DNA of 64,000 nt. Source: Phoronis australis (lineage: Eukaryota; Animalia; Phoronida). This document shows, in pieces, positions 39,401 to 51,400 of the stretch (positions within the stretch are counted from its first letter, which is position 1; every line of letters begins with the position of its first letter). Made by a program: the position numbers and the translations under genes. Location of the stretch: contig NMRA01000287.1 of assembly GCA_002633005.1 (NCBI GenBank), positions 256,457 to 320,456 of the forward strand, in the 5' to 3' direction. The notes beneath the pieces were generated by a model that worked only from the letters and a program-made list of their open reading frames with translations, did no database searches and was not told the DNA's origin.

Positions 39401-42400
39401 TAGGTTTTGCATAGGTTTTAATCGCATTTAACGCTTCATCCTTGCGGACACTTTTCAGGTCTAAAGCGCGGCCTCATCTGCGCGACATATTCTTAACGCC
39501 TGATCCAATGTAATGGCTAACTCTTCAAAAAGTTTTCTTCTCGTTCTTTCATTGTCGTTACCTAATAACAATGCTTATAGTATCATGCGGTCGTACATCT
39601 CAGAGGGGAACGCGCAGTCACGCGCTATCGCGTGCAGTTCAGTTAGGTAGTCGTCTATTGACCTACTGCCTTGACGTAAAGTGAGTAATTTATGTGTCTG
39701 GGCCACAACGTTTATCCGCGGTTTACAAACCCTGTAGGCTTTCCCAGTACCTTTGCTAGGTCTTCTTTGTCTGATTCTGCTTCCCATTCGAAAGAGTAAA
39801 ATATATCATTCCCATATTCACCTATTGTTCTCAGAAGCAGAGCCACTTTGACTTTGTTCGCTGCATAGTCTCGGTTTGTGGCTGTAAAGAAAATTCCGAA
39901 ATTCCTCCGAAATCTTTTCTATTGTTCCGGCAGGTTTTCACCCTGTTTCAAGGGTTCGGGCGATAGAAACTTATCCGACATTCCTCACTCGGGCACCATG
40001 TAAATTGTTTGGGTGTCAGTGCAGTAGTCGCGACGATGTTGTCTCACATGTTCAACCGCTACTTAAATGTAACTGACCACCATTGTGTCAAGAACCGGAA
40101 ACTGTTTATTGTTGTGCTCCGATGAACAATACAATACGAACATATAAACTGCGATCACTACTGTGGAACCTACTTCACTTTTCCCAGCGCTTTCACTGCA
40201 ATGTACATCAAAGAACACCGTGGGTTGGGCTAGCTTCTTAAACAGGTCAACTCTGTTCGAGGTTCATTTTAAAGTGAGGATTATCAAAATCGCACGGGGG
40301 GAATTCCAGTGAACTGATGTCAATATAGGTTAATTACAGATGAAAACATTTTTGAGAACGACCAGTGGTTGAGCAAGGCTAGAAGTGGACAGAGTGACAG
40401 AGACTGTACGGGGATGGACAGTGACAAAGTTCATGTTAAAACATTATATCCAGCGTATCTCGAGCTCATATAAGGTATTTTCATCCATTGGACACACTGA
40501 ATGATCTAAGATGTTGCATGGGCGCCCCTATATGCACCTACAGTGTGTTAACAATTTTACACTTAGTGATGAAGAATTTGAATCTAAAAAGAAACCATAA
40601 TTTTTATAAGCGTAGACATTTCTGAGTATAAACGCTTTAGCCTCAATACATTGGAATACAATCCAATGAGAAAATGCCGCGACCGAATTGGCGGTCCACC
40701 AAAGATGAGGACATTAAGTGCATACTCCTTAGTTAAAGCACAATGAAATTACAAGTGCATTTCCACTTGTGACGGACGTGCAATCACAGAACATTCTGAT
40801 TAACTGTGAAAAAATATTTAAATCAAGAAAAATAATTAATGAACCAATTTGTAGGTCTCTTTGAAACGTTTACTTGTATGTATCAATTTTTGTCGAATCA
40901 CTTTGCGTAGCGGAAGAAAATGTCATCAAAGGTATGTGACAGACGTACGCAGTGAATTTGATTTTTTTGAAATTTTAACTTTCCTTGCAATTTTCCGTGA
41001 ATTGTGTAATGTGGTAACTTTTTGAATGGTATGGTGATATAGTGGAATGTTTAAGATATAAAACACATAAAAGATTTAAGGTCATCTGTATGAAATATCC
41101 AGTAGGCTTAATTATTGTAAGATGAGTAACTGTGACGGACGAACGTGACGTGTGCATTTCTTAAACGTAAACGTTACATTATTGCAAAATTTGTAAGCCA
41201 CATCCTTCCTGGTGGTGATTTAGTCAATTACTTAAATAAAACAAGGTCTTTTATGTTTAAATAACTTAAAAGTAAGTTATCGCCTGATTTAGCTCCTGGT
41301 TAATTAATTAGAACATTTACGACAAGGTCAACTTTTTACCTTATCTACTTTAAATAAACTAGCTAAAACATCTCAACTGTTCAAATAGATAAATGTTAAA
41401 CTTTCTGTTTTGAGATATACATTCGGACGAAAATATATGTAACAGTCCTAAATGTCTAATCTGCAACTCGTTGGAAAACTGCTGTCTCAAAATTCTAACT
41501 TTCTGAACATGGAACTTAACCTTGATTAATAGAGAACGTTTTTTCAAGTGCTTATGGAACGTAGTGATTTCACTCTAACGGGCAATGAAAATGGTCCGCC
41601 ACAATTCAAGATTACTGGACCATGAAATATACACGAATTGCGCTTCTCATCTGAATTATCTCTGCGAGGCTAGTCAAACAGCTCACTACTCAGAGAATGA
41701 AGAATCTTAAACTGAACAAATTCGTTTTCAACAGATATTGCTCTACCTACATAAAACTCATTTTATGTAATCCACAGCATAATACTTTTCCACGTAAATT
41801 GTTCCACTGAAAATTTCCAATGTCTGTTTCATGTGGAGTTCAAAAAACAATGACTTGTCGATATTTTCTAATGTCCTCAGTGTGCACCAGTGGGGTGGGT
41901 AGTGAAAGTGTACGTGTATATAACAATACGCAAACTCCGCAGTGACATGAGTTTGGCTGCCGTGGAACATCATGCCTGTCATTCGAAATACAGTTCCATT
42001 CTTTCACGTCATACTTCATGCATGAAAGGACATCAAGCATCTTGGATATGGTTTTCTGCTGAGTTGGCTTAACAAAATCCCCTGCTTTACTGTCGAGCAC
42101 AACTATGTACTTGTGTCTGGTGAAACACACAGAAAGAATCAATGACCGCTGCCATTGGGATTACATGGTACAAAAAGCACCTTTTTCAAATTTCCAAGCG
42201 GATCTTCAGATAGGTTATAAGTACTGCATCTCTCAAAATTTCGCAAATGTACAAGCAATGTTACAGTTTTCTGCAATTATCCTGAGATACTCATCAATAA
42301 CAAAGTTTGACAACCACTTCCCTTGTAGTGTGTTGCTATCCCCAATGGGGACAACACCATGAACGATAGCAGAAACCAACTCCTGATGTTCAGCCAGTTT

Positions 42401-45400
42401 AAACGGCATTTGCGGTTGAATCTTTTCAATGACACATTTGGAACACTGGGTAGAATCATCTTAACACTTCACAAAAAGACTCAAACATTGCATCTTCAGG
42501 CAATTCTCGTATTTGTACAAGGTTGTCCTCAGGGGAATCAGACCTGTCAGCTACGAGGAGAGGACATGACACAACCCCGACGCACTAACAAAGTGCGTCT
42601 TCCGAGTGTGAGGAACCGCTAGCACACCTTCCCATGACTTCATAAGCATTTCATGTACATCATGAATAATACCGTCACCGTTAAATTGAATACTTATTCC
42701 CGGATTTCTCTCTCTCTCTCGCTACGTCTGGATACTGCCCTGGGTTTTTACGGTACATTTTCCAGTTTTGATAGCACTCCAAACAGTTCTTTCCACAGTT
42801 GCACCCAATCCATCAACAAGGCCATTGCCATGGGAGGTGGCAAAGAAGTGCCAATTTATGTTCGCGTTAAAACGACTCTCCCATTGAAGAAGGTTTGAGA
42901 ATGACTATCTTTGCTTGAATTGTGAAGTAGCGCTTTCACACAAGATGTTCATTTCTTTTATTAGAGGGTATTTCTCTTTCCCCTTACCCAAAATGGCAGT
43001 GAGGAAAATGTACACACTTTGCTTAGGATGACTGACATTATCTAAGACTATGACAAAGTTCATGCGAAGTTGTTCACTTATCCAAGTATGTGCAGTGAAA
43101 AGAGACACTTTTGCATGGCTCCAATGGGCAGCTTGAACTTCATATTTTGAATGATTGTCGCGTTCTCCGACAAATCAACCTGAATTGCAACTTCTTTACC
43201 ATTGCAAGGTGCCACAAGGCAGTCCAATTTTCTGGCTTGTCTTCTTTTAATATAAGTATGGATGAGAAAGTTTTTCAAACTTTTCTTCAATTCCAAAAAT
43301 ACATCCATCACTGTACCAATAATATTGACCTTCTCCGCAAACTGCCATTGCTGATAACGAACTGGCACATTCCGAACCTCTCTACTTGAATTTACTGTGC
43401 CAGTGAATGGAGCACATTTTTCACATTTGCAGAACATACAGTCTTTGCACTCCTCATCACATGTCACCTGCCAGATAAAATTATGAAATGTGCTAGACAA
43501 CAAAGTTTAAACATGCAAAGCTTCCAGAAACAGGCGCACATTTTTGTGGTATGAGCAGACGCAGATGTTGTGCGGAATTTTGTCAAATAATTTCACACAT
43601 TTTGGTCAGAGTTCACAAAAATTTACTTAGTCCAATCTGTAACCCGTGATACATTTCAGAGAATATATGAAAGACTTCTGAGAATGACATGAGCATGTAC
43701 CGAGTTTGTTCAGTTATCTTCCCTTTTTACTGCTTCCATCTTTTTCTCGGATGATAATCCTATCTTTTCTTCCAGGAGCTTGCCATGATATATCATTCCT
43801 TACTTTATAACCAAGCTTTTAGTTTCTTCACTGATTGCCCTAGCTGTATGTTCCATAGTTTTTTTCTTCACATCCAGTCCTAACTGTTTTGCTACCTCCC
43901 TCACTGCATACCTTCTTTTTCTGGGCGAAAACAGTAACGATGCTTGGGCTATCTTTACTACTTTTTCTTTCGCTTGTTTGGATTTAAATGGTAATATTTC
44001 TGCATCTTGGGTTGTTTTACCGATTTTAAAACACTCCTATACTTCCTGATTCTTAGCTTCTCTTTAAACTTCAATTTCTTTATTTCAAGTTTCGTGCCTT
44101 GGCTCTCGCAGCTGATTTCCAAGTTTTCCCTTCTTTTCTGCTGTCTCTCTTTAGCAGAAGCCATTTTAGCAGGTGAGTCCCAAGGTACAAACTAAAGTAT
44201 CCCAAAGTAATAAGCATATTTGGAACTCAAGTGTTATAACTCTATTTGATGTTCTTCAGTAAGTTGGAAAGGGATTTCGCTAGAAAAATTTTAATTTTTT
44301 TGGACAAAATTCAAGCTTAAGATTTATGTGTCTGCATAAAATCAGTTATGTTGTTCAGTTCTTATCATTCACTTGTCAGTAACAAGAATTCAAGATACAC
44401 TCAAAAATCTAGAACAATTTTAGAGGTCAAGTGACCTCCAAAACTACAAGTGTGTGGCCAAAATTTGTTTTTGAAAATTCAAATACTGTTCCCGAAATTA
44501 GAAGGATTGGTCTTTCAGATGAGAACAAAATCATAAAGATAGCTGCAATTTCGATTTATGTCTAGAGGTTGACCTTTTCACGGAATTGCTCACAGATAAA
44601 ATTCTCATTTCTCAATTGTATAAACAATTATGGCGACATCATCAAAATGTTTAGAAGTACCCACAGAACAGTTCATCGGGAAAATTGACATACCTCCACC
44701 ATCTCCATTTCTAGTTGGCGTACTGGTGTCTGAAATCATAATTTAATTTCAAAATAAAAGTTGTAAGTGGGAGTTGCTGAACGAGACAAATAAAAACCCA
44801 AGGATCAAAATGTTACTGGCGTACTGTCTACCTAATATTACTGGCGTATTGTCTACCTAATATTACTGGCGTACTGTCTACCTAATATTACTGGCGTATT
44901 GTCTACCTAATATTACTGGCATATTGTCTGCCTAATAATGCTGGCGTATTATCTACCTAAGGCTCATCTCTAATCTCATTGTAAGTGGACAAAGTTAATT
45001 TCATGTTAGAAGAACATTGACATACTCTATCTCCAAAATCTCCATTTCCAGTAGGCTTAGTTGTATCTACAAATCATAATTTAGTTTCACAATTAGTATT
45101 TTGTCTGTAAGTGAATGTTGTTGCAAGAGACAAATAAAACTCAAGGAGGCAAAAGTTAATGGAGTATTGTCTACCTAATGCTCAGATTTAATGTGATCAC
45201 TGAATTTAGAGAAAAATATTGACATACCTCCACCATCTCCATTTCCAGTTGGCTTAGTGGTATCTAGAAATCATAATTTAGTTTCACAATTAATACTTTT
45301 TCTGTAAGAGAGAATTGTTGATAGAGACAAATAAAAACTCAAGAAGGCAAAAGTTATTGGAGTATTGTCTACCTAATGCTCAGATTTAATGTGATCACTG

Positions 45401-48400
45401 AATTTAGAGAAAAATATTGACATACCTCCACCATCTCCATTTCTAGTTGGCTTACTGGTGTCTGAAATCATAATTTAATTTCAAAATAAAAATTGTAAGT
45501 GAGAGTCGCTGAACGAGACAAATAAAGACCCAAGGATCAAAATGTTACTGGCGTACTGTCTACCTAATATTACTAGCGTATTGTCTACCTAATATTACTT
45601 GCATAATGTCTGCCTAATGTTACTGGCGTATTGTCTACCTAATGTTACAAGCGTATTGTCTACCTAATGTTACTGGCGTATTGTCTACCTAAAGCTCAGC
45701 TCTAATCTCATTGTAAGGGAACAAAGTTAATTTCATGTTAGAGGAAGATTGACATACTCTATCTCCAAAATTTCCATTTTCAGTTGGCTTAGTTGTATCT
45801 CCAAATCATAATTTAGTTTCACAATTAGTATTTTGTCTGTACCTGAATGTTGTTGCAAGAGACAAATAAAACTCAAGGAGGAAAAATTATTGGAGTATTG
45901 TCTACCTAATGCTCAGATTTAATGTGATCACTGAATTTAGAGAAAAATATTGACACACCCCCACCATCTCCATTTCCAGTTGGCTTAGTGGTATCTATAA
46001 ATCATAATTTAGTTTCATAATTAGTATTTTTTCTGTAAGAGAGAATTGGTGATAGAGACAAATAAAAACTCAAGAAGGCAAAAGTTACTGGAGTATTGCT
46101 TACCTAATGCTCAGATTTAATATGATCTCCGAATTTAGAAAAAAAATTGACATACCCCCACCATATCCATTTCCGGTTGGCTTAGTGGTATTTAAAAATC
46201 ACAATTTAGTTTCATAATTAGTATTATTCTGTAAGTGAGAGTTGCTGATAGAGACAAATAAAACTCAAGGAAGCAAGTTACTGGAGTATTGTCTACCTAA
46301 TGCTCAGATTTAATGTGATCACTGAATTTAGAGAAAAATATTGACATACCTCCACCATCTCCATTTCCAGTTGGCTTAGTGGTATCTATAAATCACAAGT
46401 ATATTTATCTGTAAGTACATGTAAGACTTGGTGCTCGAGACAAAGACCCGAGTGGCCAAAATTTGCTGCGTGTACGTGTACACCTACACAATAAAACCCA
46501 TGGGATGGCTATTTTTTCCAGTTTGTACGTGACTGAGGGAAGTGAAACCGAAATTTGGTGACGAAAGCATTCAGCAAATGTTTTGAGTCGTTACAAACAG
46601 GGGATCGCAGCAGTCTGCTGTATTTCATTCACATTGATGAACTTTTCAAAATTCTTCTAGATGAAAGATTTTGTCAAATATTTGATCGATACTGAATAAA
46701 AGATAATCGCGTATTTCAATTCTTTGTATGTTTGATTATGCACCAACCAGGTATTTAATGCCCGCCATAGAGAGGGAAGTTTGTCCTCATGCTATGTAGG
46801 AAAATATTTTGCAATAGACCTCAAAAATGTGTATTATACAAGAATAGCGGACAATACGCTGGCGGAGTCCAGTGGGCTTTTATGTGGGATTTTCTTTTTT
46901 CTAGGAAATTAAATTGACAGAAGATGAAATGAAATTGTGATTTCATGTCGTAAAGGAAATCAAGGTAAGCACATCGGAGTGAACACTTCCGTAAATATCG
47001 GTTACCTCTGCGTCTTTCATTGTTTGTCTACCGTGGTTCATTGCCATGATTGTTGTATGTATTTTTGCGACGAACGATACCCTTTGTTTAAGATGATGTA
47101 CCTCTTACATTTCCTCACTAAATAATGTTTTCAAGCCGCAGAAGCTCTTGACCTGGTTATATAAAAAGATCAACACTTGATTTGGATGTCATTATACTGG
47201 CGGCAAATTCGCACTGCTGTTCGGTGGGGTTTATTATTACGTCATGCATGAGGTCAACGCATGAACAAATGGATCATGGCAGTTCTTACATACATTTCTC
47301 GCAGAGAAGAATTACCTGCTGATAAAGCCAGTGACTGCAGCTCATAAAACGTGAAAATTTCGATCCCAACCGGTCTAACATGAATAAATTAGTGAATTAA
47401 AACTAATTAAGCATTGGGAGCGGAAGACATCGGAATTTTGATCTCCTGGCGTTAAATTGACGAACCACTGTCAGTGTGGTAATTGAATTTATGTCCACCA
47501 AAATCTGAGTCCGGGTGAATTGGAAGTCATTTTCTCATTACTCTAGAGAGTGTCATTGTGAAAAGTCCTCCATTATAATAGACCTGTGCACTCTAGACTA
47601 GGTCTGATAGTAAACCTTCTCCAACATCTCGTTGCTCCTTTGGCCTAAGGCAGACACTCGTTAAAACATCACTGAAACCTGCCACTGTGAGACGTTCACA
47701 CACACCTACTCAGGAACAAACATCGAAACATATTTTAACTCTTCCCTTGGAATGCAGCAGGTAACCATTATCAATTACGAACGTTAGTATATTTTTTATT
47801 GAAACGAGTTTCCCACATTTACAGACCATGAGTTTGACTGGCCAGACGATGTGTGTGACTTGGTTGCAGCGGAACCTCTCGGATTCTAAAAGTAAGCCAT
47901 TACAGCAACTTGCATGGCTGAGTAAAAGTATACCCAAACACAGCTACAGTATATGATGATCAAGCAAAACATGTGAACTTTATTTAAGAAAAACTCCTAC
48001 TCAAAATACTACAGTTACATGTATGTTCGGTGGGTTTCCCGACATTGATAACGTGCAAGTGAAGGGACAGTAGGCAAAGGTAAACGACTCTGATAGCTGA
48101 AATTCCACTTAACGACACAAGTAGTGTGAAAAATTGATAAAAACAAGTTGAAGAAATTCACCGGTACCCAGGCCGGTGCCTGGAGGTGGGTTATAATACA
48201 CTGTACGTGCGATCATGCACAATATGAGTTTGCAAACTTGTGAACAAGAATTAGGAACATACACGTTCAATTTCATCAGAATTCTCCAGGCATCACAGTA
48301 AATGGGTACGTCCCAAAATGAGGTCAGATGTACTGTGTATTTCCGATGGAAACGCTTATAGAAAAATAGCCGAAGATCAATGAAAAAAACTGTTAAAGTA

Positions 48401-51400
48401 CACATGCTCTCAACGGGATGGCATTTTTGGAACTACATCTCTATTCATTTACTCTCATGCTGCCTCACCGAATTATGCCCGAGTGTGGTGCGGTCTTTTT
48501 AGTCGAGATGCATCAGCTTCCACAGTCTGTTTGGTCAGAGGTTCAAGCGGGAAATTTTGTAGTCAAGCGATCTTCTCATATGCTCTGTCAGGTAGATTCT
48601 GACCAATGGGTAAATGGGGCAAGCAAAACGGAGGTGGCATCATCGGTAATACCAAAACCACGTCAGCTCTATGGAGGTGGACACTCTCATTGCATCTGAG
48701 ATATCATATAGCTGAACAAACTTACCGCTGTGGGAGTACATAGTTTCACAACGAAGCCACGAAAGCCAGGAAACTGTGCGGAAATTATGTCGAGAGTTCC
48801 CGTTTTTACACTTTCCATGAATTGAAGGTCTTCTCGTCCGCAAGGCCTTAGCTGCTACAAACCCTTTCAACAAAAGACCTAGAGCAACAGCACCAATCCA
48901 AGAGTAACTTTTGCATACCAATGAACATGGACACGGGGACACTAACAAATTAAGAATTTTTTTCAAGACAGATTATCATTGAGCAATGCGATAATTCAGA
49001 CATGTCAATTCATGCACCTATGCGCAAAAATAATGTCCCAACATTTGCCAACTTATATGATGTGGTGAAACAAACCAAAGATAAAGATAAAGATAAGAAA
49101 ATAGTTCTTAAGGCAGACAGAGATGCACTTGGCTGTCTAGCTACGGCTTATGAGGCGGGTCGGTCAGTTGATTTGCCGTCTGTGCTCAAACGCGAGCTTC
49201 TTCCAGTCCATGTTGTCTTGCAGAAACGAGTGGCACATTGCGCACTGGATATAAATCTTCACTTGTCGAAGTATTAATAGCTACCACATCGACTGTCCTG
49301 AAACAATTCAGCTTCATGACACGTCCGCTTGCCTCATTATTGATATTGAAGCATTGCTGGTAACTCTTGGGAAGCGTGATGGTGATGTGACCTTCGAAAA
49401 TCTGGCTGATTCATTCATGAAAACAGTGCTAAACACAGGATTTCGATATCATAAAATTGATATTGTATTAGACAGATACAGACAAGAAACAATGAAGGAC
49501 ACAACAAGAAAACAGCGCAGTAAAGGAACACGGCAAATCAGGTCATTTTTGGAAGGCCGTGATGTACCTCTTCCTCAAAACTGGTCAAATTTTTGGCTGA
49601 GAATAAAGCTGAACTAGCACATTTCTTGTCAGAGGAACTGTGTTTGTAGACACCTGAAGATAAAGAGGTTATGGTTGCAGGAGGTTAAAAGATGAGCTGG
49701 AAGTCAAATCATCCAAGGATATGACTGATTTGAGGACTCTGAAATTCACACATGACGAAGCAGATGCAAGACTGGTACTGCATGCTGTCCACAGTCAGCC
49801 GTGTTTTCCAGGGACACCCGATGTTCTACTGCTTCTGGTATCGCACTTCCAATAAATGCAATGTGAGCGTATCTGACTGATGTCATATATACCTATTGCA
49901 GCACTTTTCAACAAACTACTACGAGACTCAGCAACATCCTTGTTTGCTTTTCATGCCGTCACCGGGTTTGGCACCAACTCGTACTTTNCTCGAAAACTGA
50001 GTACGTGCTCGAAATTTCGAGTACAGATTTTTCGAGTATGACATTAAATACACCAAAGCTGAGTCTGTACTCGAGTTGAGTATGAAGTGTGAGTTTGAGC
50101 ATGATTCGAGTCTGAGTACGGAGATTGGAGACCGGGCCCAGAACAGACCTGTAGATGTAGCACGCCATTTACTATTCTCCAAGCCCGTGAACCCAGAAGT
50201 CCTTCACCACAACGCACAATGCCTGCCGTTTCCATCTGATGATAGTGCACTATCAGGTCAAGGTATGGCAAAATGATCATTGTTACATACCTGAGCTCCC
50301 AGTATCCTCTGATATGGGAGGGGCACACACAAACTTATGCTTGCAGCCCATGCTAATGACACAGAGTAAAATCCCAGATAGCTTCCTAGAGATGGTATTG
50401 TGTGCATGTCAGAAACAACGCAACAGTAGAAAATGCAGATGCAAGAAATCTGGATTTCGATGCATATCATTATGCACATGCCAGCAGCACATTCATGATC
50501 AGATTCCTTGTATGCAAACAGTTTGATATGCCTGACTTCAGGCATGTTAAAAAGTACCAAAAAGGGAACACTAAAACTGTGTTCAACAGGCCTGAAAACA
50601 ATTCATGCAACAGAAAATCTAATGTCCTCAATAACAATAACTAAATTGTTTTTTATGAATGGAAGATAACGGGATAATGTGAACATTTGTATATTCCGTC
50701 AAAATAGTGTCACCTTGCTTAACGAGCATTGCAAATTAACGACTATTTTTTCCTCATTATGTAAGTATACATCTATAACCCAATAAATATGAAATAAATT
50801 TCTCCAAAAATGTCTTTAGCATGTTTGTTGACCATGAAAATATATATATTAACACCTCATTTTACAAGTTAGCCTGCAGGAGCACAAACTTATGACTCAA
50901 ATTACATTTTATGGTAATGGCGGCACCTAATTTGCATAATTAGTTTTTAGAAATGCATTTTTTAGTTTTCATAAGTGATCTATGGCTCAAGAAGTATTTA
51001 TAAGAAGTGTACAGGTGAGACTTTTCACCATTTTAAATGGTATATTGTGATTTCTATTACAAAAATACATCTGAACTTGACAATTTGGCCGCCATTTTGT
51101 TTATGCTAATTAGATGGTCAAAAATGCAAAATTAGGCTTGGGAACAGGGTTACTTGAATTCGCCATGCCTTGATTGTCTGAAAAAGTCTTGTTCCCAACT
51201 TTTACTAAAAAATGCTTCTAGAACCTTATACAGGGCTCTTTTCAAGAAATGCGTCTAGACTAATAGAAAAATAGCCGAAGATCAATGAAAAAAACTTGAT
51301 AGAAATGAGACACAACAAAAACGCTGGCCATTAAGGGGCATCACAGTTGATGAACCCGTCCGAAAATCAACATCAGATGTAATCATCTTGATTGGAATGC

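Noticed and set aside
38063-39427. 454-aa ORF as a host gene
   Set aside because: It is the Gypsy protease/RT region with frameshifted ends.
44680-46440. CRISPR-like repeat/spacer array
   Set aside because: Eukaryotic context, intervening sequences are homologous rather than unique, and there are no cas genes.
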